Positions 13,201-25,506 of a stretch of DNA of 64,000 nucleotides are shown here, piece after piece. The notes beneath the pieces were generated by a model. It was not told where the DNA came from. It searched no databases and saw only the letters and a list, made by a program, of their open reading frames with translations. The translations under genes and the position numbers were made by a program. Source of the stretch: a virus (Duplodnaviria; Caudoviricetes). Position 1 is the first letter of the stretch. The number at the start of each line of letters is the position of its first letter. The DNA lies in the IMG/VR virus record IMGVR_UViG_3300012662_000008, positions 64,001 to 128,000 of that record. One strand, 5' to 3'.

Positions 13201-13545
13201 TCAATCAATATAATTAATTGTCTCACTAAGAGTAGTTCCATCATCCAATCTTGCATTGACTTTTGTAGATGGGTAAGATCCAATCTCAGTTCGATCTGTT
13301 GCTGGGTTGTAAGAAACGATGTATAATATTCCTCCATATTCCTTTAATCCAACAGGCACATAACCAGGGCTGAGTTTGCAATTTTTCAATCCAAAATTTC
13401 CCATATCATTTTGGAGGCATAACTCATTTCCGTTATATGTTAAAATTGTTCCATTTTTACAATCCGTAAGTGCTGTAGCTGGCACATTTATCGGATTGAT
13501 ATCTTTTACCATTCCATCTGAAAAACTATTTGAAGCCTGTCCCAT
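10237..13545 (-). CDS. Large tail stabilisation-like protein, ~1102 aa, many TGA
   Basis: Five in-frame pieces ending in TGA. N-terminus 'NSFSDGMVKD..P...TYNGNE..LQNDMGN' typical of crAss-like tail proteins. Confidence 0.72.
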
Positions 13546-13547
13546 AT

Positions 13548-14549
13548 TTATTCTTTAAAATGTACCTTTTTATCAGCACCACGTTCTCCGATAAGTTCAA
13601 CATTTCTTGTCTCGTAATTTTCCAATCAGATTTTTCAACCCTTCTCTTCCTGCCACGGAGTACGAAAGAAATATTTGGCTTTTCTAAACAATGCCGCTTC
13701 TTCTTTTACTTTATATAAACATATTTTTGGAAAGACAATCTTTTTCTTCAACCTACCCTTCTTATCGGCAAACAGTTCATTATATTCATCCTCAGTAAGA
13801 CCAAAATAATAATATCCTGTTCATGGTTTTGTTTTTCTTTCCAAGTTATATCGTATTCTTATTTTATCTGCCATTTTTTTATTGTGATATTCGTAAAATT
13901 TTTCATCACTAATGAAAAACCTTCCAAAATATGCAACAAACGGAAAAAGTCTTTTATTACTTAAACAAATATCGCAACCCATTCCTTGCAGTCGAAACAT
14001 AGTTCTATATGCATGCTCACAGATTTGTCTAATTGTCTTTTCCGGAAGATCCTCGAACTCCTTGTACACAAAAGGTAAGTAATCGTCTAGATTTGTTGGT
14101 TTCACTGGTTTTGGTCCTTTTATTGCTCTATCGCGCAATTTTTTTTTAAGGCCATCATTAATATGTATTGACTTCACCATTGGTGCGCTAGTATAATCGC
14201 ACATATAAACTAGCCCATATCCAATAAAATTTTGTTCCAACATATCTTGGCTTGCAAATGCTCCACATTTTCGCATTTCTTGTAATTCTTCACCAACATA
14301 TTCCTTGCAATATATCTGGGCGCGTTTCCCCCTATATAAAGGCAACGTAAAGTTAGCATTATTTTCGATAATATCCAAAAGTGTTATATAAAAACAATAT
14401 ATAAACACACTAACACACAGATATTGCAATCTATCTACTCCATATTTCTTTTTAACTATCTTTTGCTTCAAATGAACCTTTCCTTTTATATCAAAAGTTT
14501 CAAAAAGGTCTCTAGCATAAAAACTATGATCAACTACCGGATATTTCAT
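13548..14549 (-). CDS. Conserved crAss-like structural-module protein, 333 aa
   Basis: Start MKYPVVDH at 14549, readthrough of TGA 13821 (KP-W-TGYYYFGL). Confidence 0.65.
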
Positions 14550-15519
14550 TATACTGACTAGTTTTAATTCAACCAATAGGATGCCCATTAAATTTCCCAG
14601 CTGTTTTTCTTTTTCCAGATAACACTTCAGAAATATTATGACCGTGTGTATTAAAACGTCTCCCGGCTTCTGACAATGTGTCAAACTTCCCTAAAATTTC
14701 ATCTGTTACACTATCTACAGCAGTAACCTTTATTTTTGGATCACTTTTAATTTTGTGCGCCCGCTTCAAGTCGTTTTGCGTTATAGTATCACCTTTATAT
14801 TTAAAAATATATCTGGTATCATTTATTAAAACAAAAGATGATTGCGATCTACAATTCGCAGTTATTCTTTTAGGTGCAATTTTAAAAACACTTGAAATTT
14901 CTTTTGCAGAATTAAAAGTTCTCAATAGTACTCCAGACATATTAAACATTAAAATTTTCTTATCATAATTAATTCTTTTTAAGTTCTTAAAATCCTCCTC
15001 GGTTATTGTGTCATTTTCATATCTAAAAATCACCCTATTATCATCTATTTTTGTATAAAATTTATTTCTTGAACAACAGGACTGGATACTCCCCTTAGTT
15101 ACACCGAGTATCTCGGCAGCACTTTTTGAAGACTCAAACGTTTTTAATAGCTTCCCGGTCTCATCAAACATTAAAATTCGAAGATAGTTAACACAACATC
15201 CATCACCACCCTTTGTAAGATTGTATCCGTTTACAAAAGTGTCATATTTTTTAATATAGTATTTTTCTCATCGATTTAGTAATTTTCTTAATTCTTCATC
15301 ACTAGGAGCATTTACTATTTTTACTATTTTCCACAAAAAGTTTTCTAGCCCATATTTTCGTAATGCCCTATAAAATTTGCTGTTGTAATCACTATTGTTT
15401 TTATTTTTATATTTTCTTTTATGTTCTTTTCATCTTAAATTAACGTCACTACGCCCGGTTTGTCCTATATAGCTTTTATTATTAAAAACATTTGTAATTT
15501 TATAAATATATCCAATCAT
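14524..15519 (-). CDS. Free-standing GIY-YIG homing endonuclease with NUMOD1-like repeats, 331 aa
   Basis: MIGYIYKITN..KSYIGQTG..R-W(TGA)-KEH. Repeated 'G.LL.TF.S...' units. Confidence 0.85.
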
Positions 15520-16214
15520 TATAAAACACTTTTATATGATTTGCCGTAACTCTTTCTGTCTCAACGAGTTTTAACATCTAAAATGGCATTCATATCGTTT
15601 TGATTCAAGTGGTCTTTTACTCGTGCTGCGTTACAGGCCCTGTACCACTCTGCCTCTATATATTGTGCAATTGTAAAAGCATTTCTGTCTTTTCTTCGAA
15701 TTGCATCTTTGTAAGTCTCTCTCCAAGCAACAAATGCTGCAATTGCACGTAATTCTTTCTCATTAACAAGTGGCAGACCATCATCTTCATCTGCCAAAAT
15801 TCCGTGATATAACACAGTTATATCATCATAATCTCTGGAGAAATATAACACTCCATCTCCTTCTTTATATTTAACGTAACTACCGCTAGTATAAAAAGGA
15901 TCATTATTTTGTTTGAAGGCCTCTATATAACCTTCTACGCGCACATTTTCAAGATCTATTATATCTGTTTTATTACTCGTTATTTGTGCGCTCAGAGCCG
16001 GTATTGTTACCGACTCAATTATTTCTACGTTACAAGGAAGAACTAGTTCCTTATCTTTCGTATTTGCTTTATATCTATATAATCTAGTATGTTTGTTTCC
16101 AATTTTTTCCCACCCTACCAATGCGACATCTTCAAACGTATCTGGATCTGGGTCTACCCCGAATAACGAGTTACAGAGCTGATATGCCGCTTTTATATTA
16201 ACTAATTTCCCCAT
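15519..16214 (-). CDS. Putative tail ring/head-tail protein, 231 aa
   Basis: Readthrough of TGA 15561 (KTR-W-DRKSYGKS). Gene order after the MCP. Confidence 0.65.
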
Positions 16215-16217
16215 ATA

Positions 16218-16898
16218 CTAACCAACTGTTTGTGAAGCACTTGGAGAAGCACTTCTATATAATCTAATCTTCTTATTTAAAATGCGATTTTTAATTTCAC
16301 TACTAAGTACTCCCATTTCAAGGTAATCGCTCTGGCTACAACAATTGTACGCCTCTAATTGTCTAGGGTTTTGAAACACACCAATAACTGCTATATTTTC
16401 AACCATTGGCGCGTCGAAAATTCAGCCATCAAACATTCCATTTTCATTTGGTGTACGTTCTATATAAACGAACGGTTTGTTCTTTTTGCTACGAGAGTAT
16501 TTCTGAAAATATTTATAATAATCAAGAGCTTCTTTGTTATAAAAGATTTTATAAGAATTTGATCTATCGGTACTACCTACATAAACGAGAGATTCTGAAC
16601 CAAGTCCTGGCATGAGTTGCGGAATTTCAAAATGTTTTGCATTTTTTGTGATTCCAAGCCCCATACACTTGCATTTATTTTGGTCTTTGCAATCTACTGG
16701 TACACAATTAAGTGCAAACAGAACATCGTTTTTATTTAAAATACCTTTTAAAAACATTTCTTTTATAACAGCAGCTCTTTCTTCTATAACTTCATCTTCC
16801 AATTGGTCTACAGAAAGCAGACTTTGATTGTTTGGGGTAACAAAATTTCCCGAAAACAAATCATTTAAAATTGCAGAAGAAATATCATTAACTGTCAT
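16218..16898 (-). CDS. Putative tail ring protein, 226 aa
   Basis: Pieces joined at TGA 16422 (FDG-W-IFDAP). Confidence 0.65.
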
Positions 16899-16917
16899 TT
16901 TATTTGCTTTTATACGA

Positions 16918-16953
16918 AAAAGAGCGAGCGAGAATCAGCTCTCACTCGCTCTA
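16918..16953 (-). terminator. Intrinsic terminator
   Basis: AGAGCGAGTGAGA...TCTCGCTCGCTC-TTTTT. Confidence 0.75.
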
Positions 16954-16978
16954 TATTTTGTTTTATTTTGTTTTAAAA

Positions 16979-18010
16979 TTAAGCCTTTGCTTTTGCAATA
17001 ATGTTTGCTACTGTTGCGGCATCACCAGTTAATGCACCGATTGCAGCAAGTTTATCATTTGCTTTCTTTGCAGCGGCCGTTGCAGCATCAGCAGCGCTCT
17101 TAGCAGCAGTAACTGCAGCCTTGTTAGCATCGGCCTGACCAGCTACATCAGCAACCTCGTTAGCATAAGGGTTCATAGAAAGCTCCTCAAGATTTGCCTT
17201 ATAATCAGCAATCAGGGTTGGAGTGATACCAGCCTGCGTAAGAACCTTATCAAAAGCAGTAACCTGATCATCCTTAACGAAGAAGATGTGTGCAGTAATA
17301 GAGTCTACGCACTGATCAACGCCAGAAAGACCACCTGGAACGTTATGACGAGCAATGTACTTGAATACATACTGGTAGTACTTTCCACCACGTACCGGAA
17401 GCTCATCAGCGAAGAGCGGAGAGTAGCGACGGTTTGGTGCAGTAGGGAAACGAAGCGTGTGATCAATCCACTCAGCGGTACCAAACTCAGCAACAGCAGC
17501 AGTAGGATCAACCTTTGCGTCAGTGGTAGCAACACCAACAGCCTCATCGTTCTCCAGGAGTTCAATAACCTTTACGTCAACATCCTGAAAGTCCATCCAC
17601 TTTTCCTTACCCTCAACTACAACGGCACCTGAATCGACCGTAGCCGTAACATACTCACCAGCAGCGAGCTTAATAGCAGCAGCAACACGAGCGGCATCTG
17701 CCTTTGCAGAAACCTCAATAACGAGCGGCTTTCCGAAGTCCTGCCAGCACGGAGTACCAAACTCTGCGAGTTCTACACCTGGCGTAGAGAGGAACATCGT
17801 AATACGAATAATATCGCCCTTGGTAATACCAGTAGGGAGAGTAATCTTAACCTTACCTGCTGACCCAACAACTGGAGCAGTCTTATATATCTTCTTATCA
17901 AGAATCTTAACAGCCTTATAATTTGCTGCGCGTGGAATTCTAATTTCACCATTGGCGAACGTAACGCCAGATGCGTCGTTAATAATAACTTCTTTTGTAT
18001 AATTAAACAT
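16979..18010 (-). CDS. Abundant structural protein (auxiliary capsid-like)
   Basis: Intact, no TGA, codon usage similar to the MCP, followed by a terminator. Confidence 0.6.
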   Translation of the reverse strand: MFNYTKEVIINDASGVTFANGEIRIPRAANYKAVKILDKKIYKTAPVVGSAGKVKITLPTGITKGDIIRITMFLSTPGVELAEFGTPCWQDFGKPLVIEVSAKADAARVAAAIKLAAGEYVTATVDSGAVVVEGKEKWMDFQDVDVKVIELLENDEAVGVATTDAKVDPTAAVAEFGTAEWIDHTLRFPTAPNRRYSPLFADELPVRGGKYYQYVFKYIARHNVPGGLSGVDQCVDSITAHIFFVKDDQVTAFDKVLTQAGITPTLIADYKANLEELSMNPYANEVADVAGQADANKAAVTAAKSAADAATAAAKKANDKLAAIGALTGDAATVANIIAKAKA

Positions 18011-18039
18011 AATTTATTTTCAATTTAAAAATTTATTGT

Positions 18040-19119
18040 CTATTTGCTTGCTGCCTGCGCTTGTTGCATAGGCGAAACAATTGTGTTATTTATTGGCATA
18101 TTCGTTTGTAGTCTAGGATCACTTGCGTTCTCCATAATCAAACGAGTAAAAATATTCACAATTTCGAAGCAAACATAATCTGGAAATTCAAGAACTTGAG
18201 ATGTGTCAATAGTTTGATCAATTTGCTCTTGTGTAAGCCGAATATACATCGGTGCTTTAAGGTAGTCTATATAGATATTTTTTGGAACAAAAACATCATC
18301 GTTTCCAAAACGGAGTTCCAGTCTAACGCGAGATGGGTTGGCAAGTCTATTGCCAGCGCTTGCCACTGAGTTAACTTGTGTTGATTTAGTAATTACTTTT
18401 TTTGTTACGTTAACAATCCCAAATTTATTTTTTAGATCCTTCTCTAATTTTGCTATTTCATCCTGGGTTGTGTCAGGATTGTTTAGGGCGGATTCATACT
18501 TATTCTTTGCACTTAGATAAGCGCCCATCGCATTATAATACCCGGCTTTTTGGGCATCTGTAATACCAGCACTTATTTCGCCAACATCTTCTAGCACTTC
18601 ATCATCCTGTAGAGAATTAGTTGGAAGATTCTTTGACCCATTAATGTTTGTCAGATAATAATAAGGCCTTTTATACATAGGCCGCATATAAGCATTATTT
18701 AGAATCTGAGTAAACATATTTGGAGTTAGCCGGCGCGCCGCAAAATAAACATGATCGTTTTCTTGATAGCATTTAAAATTAGATTTTGTAACTTCGTAAT
18801 CTATGACGCAATTAAGAAGATGCATATAATCTCCTGGAAGATCTACGTAATAACTAGATTTGAATATCCCGTTTTTCATTCCTTCAATTATTGACTCTTC
18901 TTCCACGCCAATTTTCTTTGGTGTCAGAACCGTAGACGCCTTTAATACACGAATATCATCGGTACTTTGTTGATCGACCTCAAGTTTTGCATATACTAAG
19001 TTAATATATTGCTGAACGGCCTTGTTAATAAAATAATTGTAATCCTCAAGCAATAAACTAGGGGCCTCAATTTTATTTAATTCAACAAGGGCGCTTTCAT
19101 ATAGGTCCCTCGCGGTCAT
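18040..19119 (-). CDS. Head-tail adaptor/ring-type protein
   Basis: 'LLEDYNYFINKAVQQYIN' and 'YIDYLKAP..EFPDY..EIV' pattern of crAss ring proteins. Confidence 0.6.
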   Translation of the reverse strand: MTARDLYESALVELNKIEAPSLLLEDYNYFINKAVQQYINLVYAKLEVDQQSTDDIRVLKASTVLTPKKIGVEEESIIEGMKNGIFKSSYYVDLPGDYMHLLNCVIDYEVTKSNFKCYQENDHVYFAARRLTPNMFTQILNNAYMRPMYKRPYYYLTNINGSKNLPTNSLQDDEVLEDVGEISAGITDAQKAGYYNAMGAYLSAKNKYESALNNPDTTQDEIAKLEKDLKNKFGIVNVTKKVITKSTQVNSVASAGNRLANPSRVRLELRFGNDDVFVPKNIYIDYLKAPMYIRLTQEQIDQTIDTSQVLEFPDYVCFEIVNIFTRLIMENASDPRLQTNMPINNTIVSPMQQAQAASK

Positions 19120-19131
19120 TATTTTCTATTT

Positions 19132-20028
19132 TTACTTCTTGGACCCTCTCTTCGGAGTACCATCAGCCTTCGATGCTTCGATAACTTTTTCTACATCTTC
19201 ATCTACCTTATCAATTTTATCCTCCAGATTTTTTACTGGAGCATATTCTGGGTAGGTTTCAAACTTAATTGCATCAAGAACTCTCTTATTTGCAGGCATC
19301 TTCAAGAAAAGAAGAACTGCATCCTCAGTAGCGCCAAGAATATTATCGGCATATTGGAACATGCCATCTTTTCTTATAATAATTGCTTTTGCTTTTGCAT
19401 CGATAATCAGAAGTTTTAACGCCATATCTCCACTTGTGTAGAGTTCGATAATCTTATCTGGCGTTCTTTCTGCTTCACGATACAAATACTCCTGTACGTC
19501 TGTGTCAGGGGCATTTTCCATATATCGGCCAAGGAGTTTGCACTTAGTCAAACGACCATACTGGCTATCGTTCTCGATATACGTCCAGGCTTCAGTAATC
19601 TTCTTTTTCTTCGATACGGTCTTAGCAGACGATGCACCTGGAACATCAACATAAAGCTCTGCAATTCCATACCTCTTCTTATCTCCATCAATAAAGAAAT
19701 TACCCTTATTATCGCGAGCATCACGAGTAGGAACAATCAAATCTGAGTTTCTAATTGCAAGCCACTTATTGTACTGAAGTGGATCACTTAAATCAAAAGT
19801 AGTCCCTTCCGTTACTACAATATCTTCGTCCTCAGCCAAAAAATACTGACTATTCGGATCATTTCTTTCTGCATCTGACATAATCATTTCAGCATTGCCG
19901 TACTGATCATACTTAACTGGCTTCACAAAAGGAAAGTTTGCCCCATTAGGCATCTTACCTGGCTGAAAATGATATTCCTTAATCTTATAAACGCAACGGA
20001 GCGTTATTACCTGATTCTCCATAAACAT
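19132..20028 (-). CDS. Conserved crAss-like protein downstream of the MCP
   Basis: Intact 298-aa ORF. Confidence 0.65.
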   Translation of the reverse strand: MFMENQVITLRCVYKIKEYHFQPGKMPNGANFPFVKPVKYDQYGNAEMIMSDAERNDPNSQYFLAEDEDIVVTEGTTFDLSDPLQYNKWLAIRNSDLIVPTRDARDNKGNFFIDGDKKRYGIAELYVDVPGASSAKTVSKKKKITEAWTYIENDSQYGRLTKCKLLGRYMENAPDTDVQEYLYREAERTPDKIIELYTSGDMALKLLIIDAKAKAIIIRKDGMFQYADNILGATEDAVLLFLKMPANKRVLDAIKFETYPEYAPVKNLEDKIDKVDEDVEKVIEASKADGTPKRGSKK

Positions 20029-20044
20029 TATTTCTTAATCTATA

Positions 20045-20072
20045 AAAACCTCTCCCATATAACTGGGAGAGG
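20045..20072 (-). terminator. Terminator after the MCP
   Basis: CCTCTCCCA...TGGGAGAGG-TTTTT. Confidence 0.8.
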
Positions 20073-20093
20073 ATAATCTATCTTATTTTTAAA

Positions 20094-23000
20094 TTATGAC
20101 CATACGCTATAACCAGGGCGATTCTCTTCGCCAATCATAACTACAGAACGGTACGGATTGTACAAAACACTGCTTCCGTCAAAATGTTAATAATCAATTA
20201 CTTACATAATTGTTCAGACTATATCTTTAACTTAATCACAATACTCAAATTTATATCCTTTTGTTTGGGTTCTCGCTCCAGAAAGAACATATCGAACGTT
20301 TGAAAATTCTTTTACACATTCTCGAACTGTATCTCAAACCTTTATAATATTTTCATCAAGATCCTTTTGTACTACTTTTCTAGCTTGTACTTTTTTAATT
20401 GGAAACTCCTCATATTTTTCATATGATCAATAATAGCCATCACACAATGATTTTGTTTGTATTCTATGAGCGCACCCGTTTAATGGTAAACTAAGTGTTT
20501 CTCTTGCAGTTTGAAGATCAGAAAATTCCGAAATATACTTCCCATCTTCATCGTATTGATATACTTTGTGATGTGTGTTTCTTTTATATTTTTGTGTTGG
20601 AAATACATTGTATTTATTATATGAAACACGATAACCTAAACACTTTATTTCTTTTCTAGCCGCATTTGATATATCTTGAGGTCTAGTTTCCAAAAATTTT
20701 GCACATTCAGATGCCGATTCAAAAGATTGTAAAAATTTTCCATCTTTATCATATAAAAAGACCTCTTTTTTTCTATCCTTTTTATACTCAGAAATATCAA
20801 GTCTTGCCTTTCTAGTTTCGGACCAATAAAATCCAGCACATACACCTTTGTTTATAATTGCTGCTAATATTGATGGATATTTAACTCCATTTTTTCTAGC
20901 GGCATCAGATCGAGAAACATAAGTTTCAATATAATTTCCATCAAGATCATATTTATGAACTTCAATTTCCATTTTTGGAACTCGCCCTTCACCTCCACCA
21001 ATTGCGGTATTGTAAGTATCAGCACGAGCAACAAAACGATCATTCACTAGGATTTTCTCCATCTCTTGCGCTTCTTCATATGTGTCATATATAAAAAGAG
21101 TGTATCTTTTAAAAGCCGCAAGGCCGTATTTTTTACAAGCCCTTTGAAAAGGAGTTTTTGGATGTTTAAAATGATATGAACTTGTTCCAGTTATACCACA
21201 TCCCCAATAATTATCAAACTTTGTTGGATCTTCTGTTATATGGATTCCCATATATATCTTGTTGTTAACAGTATTTACTGTCATATAGAGTATTGTTTTT
21301 GTTAAGTTATTTCCCATTTCGATTTTAATTTAAAACCTACGGCATTTAATGCCTAGTCGTTGAACTTTTGTAGTAGCTTCGTTAAACGCTTGCTATTATC
21401 TACACTTAGCTGCTGATTGTCCAATATTTGTTATTTTCAAACATTCACGCTTGGTGTTACCATCTACGTTGTAGTTAACAAATCTCTAAGGGTTTTCCAG
21501 CAATTAGAGAAATTTATTTATACACCGTCACCGGTGCAGGGACCTAGGCTGCAGTAGTTAAGCCCCAGTTAATATACTTCATTCCTGCTACAGGAGAGGA
21601 AACCTGACCAGAAGCGAGGCCAGTCATACCTCCAACGCCAGGTATGAAGTTGTGGATGAGTTCACCACCCTTGAAGGTGTAGAATGCAAGAGCAGACCTG
21701 CCTGACTGTCCGTCCGGGGTAAGATCAAGCATAATGCCGAACTTACGAGTAGGGTACTCAATATCGAAACACCTATCAACTTTTACGATAATTTTGTTGC
21801 CCGCAAACTCATAAGACTGATAAGTAGCACCGAGGTCTACATATCCGTTAGCGCCCTTAGACCAAAGGTATGCGCCATCCGTCTTGTGAGCAATGATCCA
21901 TGCGTTCATCACGCGCTGGAATTCGTTATAGAAGGCGGTGTTGCAAAGCATTGTGAAGGTCGATCCCTGTGGCTTCTCTGACTTAGAAACCATTGCCTGG
22001 AGAGCCTTCTCGAAGAAACCTACATTGAGCTTGTTAAACACAAACTTAGTAGCAAACTGCTCTGCCTGAGGTATTATCAATTTGTTATCGTAACGTTGTT
22101 TATACGTTACTTCTTATATTTTTGTTCATATAAGTTCAGACTATATCTTCACCCTTTCGGGTGACTCCTTTTCGTGGATTTATACTATTCACCAGGATTC
22201 ATTATTTTATATTCAAAACCAGGAATTATATAAGGCCTAATTAAGTTCGAGAACTTACGTCCTTCTCTGGTTCTACACTTTAAGTAATAAGTTATTTCTC
22301 CTGCTTTGTTTGTTTTCTTTAATGGATAAAATTTTATATCATATTTTTCTTTAAAAAAATCAATAATATTTTGAGTATCTTCTGCGTTTGTCATCGTATA
22401 AAAATGAAAAGAGTGACTCCTAACCGCACCCGTTTTTTTGTTGTATTCGCGGTTGTGGCTTCCATCATCCATTCACCATAATGCTATCGCTTCCGGAGTC
22501 AGGTAATTTAAAAGTCGTTTATCGAAATGTTTAATTTTATTTTTATATATTCATTTATACAGCACCCTAAAATATTTATGGCCTTTTGATAATTTATATG
22601 TATCTTTTGCAACTCTATGATACAAGTACGGTTCCTGACAATTTAATAATTCAGAAATTAATTTTGCTTTGTATTCGATATAAAATTTTTGCTTGTGTCC
22701 ATGCTCTATTTCTAGAGCAACACCATGCCTTGGATTTAGGTGGCCATCACCTAAAACTAATCCAATTAAGAGAGATTTTTTTCTTTTATCCATATGAAAT
22801 GATATTTATTATAATAATATAAATCTAGTCGTTACACCTTCCTTATATTCCTATAAGGCTTGGCTCGGTATTCCCATCTCAGGGTTCACCGAATTTAAGA
22901 GTTGTTTCATAACTGATTTCTCAGTTAAGCGGCATAAAATCTACCGTCCGTCGTAGTAATAGCACGACCTACATCGTCGTAGTTCTTAACCTTTCCATTA

Positions 23001-24268
23001 ACATCCACATTGCACTTACCCCAAAGGAGCTTGTTGTTACGAACCTCCATAAAGTTGTCGAGACAAACCTTCTCGGCCTTATTGAGGTGGAAAACAGGAT
23101 CAGTGCCACCCTGCTCGCCCTTGCCTACCTGGATGAATACATCCTCCATAGGCTTGTACATTGCAGAAGCATCAACATCGCAACGGTGTGACGACATATA
23201 GCTCCTGAAACTTTCTGTGTTGCTTGTATACTTGGTATCAATTTTTGTTATCAACGTATTTCTACGCTGTTCAGACTATATCATATTCTTATATTCCGTT
23301 AGCAAATATAAGAACCCTCCTGTTTCCACGCTTGTGTACTCTACTTGCTTGTTCATAACAGTCTTTCTCTGTTACTATGCGTTTGATAGTCGTTGAACGT
23401 CCCTTTTGGTTTCGCTGCTGATAATCTATTGGCAGATAGACTTCCCAGCAATTAAGGAGGTTTTTAATTATACATCACTATATAATGGGCCAACCAATTT
23501 AGCCCTGATCGTGGAGCTCTGGAACTGCATTCGTAATAAAACGAGTCCAAGCACCCTTTTCTACAAGCGGATCCTTTTGAGAATCATAATCGTTATCGTT
23601 AATCTGAGCAATTACAAGATAGCACTTATCTGAAAGACGCTGTGGCTGGTTCACAACAATGAACTGCTGACGTGAGCGCTCCTCAATAAAAGTATCGTAC
23701 TTCTGATAGTAGTTCTCCGGGAAATAGAACTTAACTTCTGATGCATTAGCTCCATCTCCATCTACATCGAGAATCTGTACCTTGTGGATCTTGTGTACTT
23801 CGATATTCCATTCAATAACGAAATTGTTAACTGACTGAAAACCAGAACCGCCCTTCTTCTCTCCTTTAGTATAAGTATTCATAAGGGCTTCAGTCAGGTG
23901 CGTAGCTGTGTACTGATCATAGAGTTTAGCTACAATTCCCAGACGGGTTGGATTTGCTCCGAGCCATTTCATAAACATTGTGTTAACTGCATATCACTAT
24001 GCAGATCAGACTATATCATCATCCCAATGGGACGCCCCCCGTTTCGAGCATTTCTGCCCTACTCTCTTTCGAGATAGTCGTTGAACCTTACTTGCATGCA
24101 AGTCTTGGCTGCTGATTGTCTTAATTGGCAATTTTAAGAGTTCCCAGCAATTAGAGGGGTTTGCTAATTAGATTGCTCTAATTAGGAGCTTTGTTACAAA
24201 CTCTCGTATGTTCTCGTAGCGGCCATGTCTGGTCTAGTGGTTGAAAAACCTGAAATTCTTACTGCCAT
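20094..24268 (-). CDS. Major capsid protein, 5 exons (24268-24200, 23975-23501, 23238-22943, 22077-21561, 20179-20094), 480 aa spliced
   Basis: Exon lengths 69+475+296+517+86=1443 nt give one frame: TYES|FMKW, ELHDQG-Y-TKY, TTDG|IIPQ, NWG-Y-GSSVLYNPYRS. Lies downstream of an acidic scaffold-like gene. Confidence 0.88.
20180..21560 (-). mobile_element. Group I intron 4 of the MCP (1381 nt) with GIY-YIG homing endonuclease
   Basis: U|...G| ends. AAUUGCUGG/AAUCAGCAG, UUCAACGACUA and AUAUAGUCUG core elements. Confidence 0.9.
20232..21317 (-). CDS. Intron-encoded GIY-YIG endonuclease with NUMOD1 repeats, 361 aa, 2 TGA
   Basis: ILYMTVN..KIYMGIH, 'YN...GG', repeated 'VYQYD.DG.YI.EF'. Confidence 0.85.
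22078..22942 (-). mobile_element. Group I intron 3 of the MCP (865 nt) with LAGLIDADG endonuclease
   Basis: P1 CGGU/GCCG, GUAACGACUA and AUAUAGUCUG, terminal G. Confidence 0.9.
22185..22793 (-). CDS. Intron-encoded LAGLIDADG endonuclease, 202 aa, 2 TGA
   Basis: LIGLVLGDG and LTPEAIALW-W(TGA)-MDDG motifs. Confidence 0.88.
23239..23500 (-). mobile_element. Group I intron 2 of the MCP (262 nt, no ORF)
   Basis: P1 GGGCU/GGCCC, UUCAACGACUA / AUAUAGUCUGA. Confidence 0.9.
23976..24199 (-). mobile_element. Group I intron 1 of the MCP (224 nt, no ORF)
   Basis: P1 GAGU/GCUC, UUCAACGACUA / AUAUAGUCUGA, terminal G. Confidence 0.9.
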
Positions 24269-24300
24269 AAAAATTTTAAAATTAAGTTAATAAAAAATAA

Positions 24301-25410
24301 TTATATTGAACTGCCCCAAACATCATCGATAGAAAGACTCCTCTTATCTGCCTTTTTATTAGGGACAATTACCGTGTTTGTTTCTTTCTTACTAACCTTT
24401 TCAAGTTGTGAACGGAGTTTCTTATTTTCTGCCCGCTCCTCTGCAAGGATCCCTTTCCAGTACTGTGTAACGTTGGAAAGAACCTCTGCGCCCTGTGTAC
24501 GGAGCCAAGCCAACTCTATAAGAGCATCGGGGTTCTCCAGATCCTTAACTAGTTGCGATTTCCCGTTCGTATCCTTGTCCAGGATGTAAGAAATCATCTT
24601 CTGTTTATCTGAATCCTCAATAACTAAAGAATCGCTGTTATCGTCAGTGTAGTCAAGCTGTACTTCATTGAAAGCTGTAGCAGCGTTAATTAAGTTGTTT
24701 CTTAAATCTTCTGCTGCCTGCTGTTCAGCCTGCACTCGATCTTGCTCAGCTAAATCTTCTTGCTCTTTATATGCATTTCTAAGTATCTCTGTTTCTTTCT
24801 TATAAAGATCTTCATTCTCTTTTGCGGAGTCGAGTTTTTCAAGAATTTCCTCGTCTGTAAAATTCGGATAACGTCTTTTAAGATCAACAATATAAAGATC
24901 GTCATCTGAATAATCATCAATGTCGTAAGTCTTCTGTTTCACTTGGTCTGGGTTCTGCTGCAAATAAGCATTAAGATAGTTTTTCGCATAAGCGTCCATT
25001 GCTGTTTGCATTGTTAACCCATTTTTCCGCAGAAAGTTAACTGTATTAATTTCATCATCTGTTAAGCCCGGATCAGCGAGTTCATTAAGAATCTCCAATT
25101 GCTCCTCCGGTGTAAGTGATTTAAAATCAACCTCTTCTGAGTTTCCATCTTCATCTGAGATCTGGAACTTACTGGGATCTTTTAAACCACGTGCTTGCAG
25201 AAAAGCGTACATTGCATCTCCAGAATAATCTGGAGTTTCTTGCTCTGTTTCATGCTGTTCTGTTGGTGGGGTTTCATCACCTGCATCATCTGGACTATCA
25301 ACAAGATCGTCAACGCCAACTGAGTCAAATTCATCAATATGAGTTGCCCCTTGTTCAATTGTAGGATCTTCCTGGTCCAAAAGTGCATCAAAGTCTACAT
25401 TTTCTTCCAT
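24301..25410 (-). CDS. Highly acidic scaffold-like protein upstream of the MCP
   Basis: D/E-rich with coiled coil, in the conserved position before the MCP. Confidence 0.65.
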   Translation of the reverse strand: MEENVDFDALLDQEDPTIEQGATHIDEFDSVGVDDLVDSPDDAGDETPPTEQHETEQETPDYSGDAMYAFLQARGLKDPSKFQISDEDGNSEEVDFKSLTPEEQLEILNELADPGLTDDEINTVNFLRKNGLTMQTAMDAYAKNYLNAYLQQNPDQVKQKTYDIDDYSDDDLYIVDLKRRYPNFTDEEILEKLDSAKENEDLYKKETEILRNAYKEQEDLAEQDRVQAEQQAAEDLRNNLINAATAFNEVQLDYTDDNSDSLVIEDSDKQKMISYILDKDTNGKSQLVKDLENPDALIELAWLRTQGAEVLSNVTQYWKGILAEERAENKKLRSQLEKVSKKETNTVIVPNKKADKRSLSIDDVWGSSI

Positions 25411-25462
25411 AAAATTACATATTAGTTCATATATCTTTTAGGCTATTTTAGCCATTTCGCTG

Positions 25463-25494
25463 CAAATATAATAAATAAAATTAAATAATGCAAA
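25463..25494 (-). promoter_or_regulatory. Bacteroidota promoter for the scaffold-MCP operon
   Basis: TTTG-N20-TATATTTG. Confidence 0.65.
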
Positions 25495-25506
25495 TTTTTT
25501 ATTTAA

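Noticed and set aside
5975-13545. Fragmented ORFs as pseudogenes or sequencing frameshifts
   Set aside because: All breaks are in-frame TGA with no frame change, which is explained by recoding
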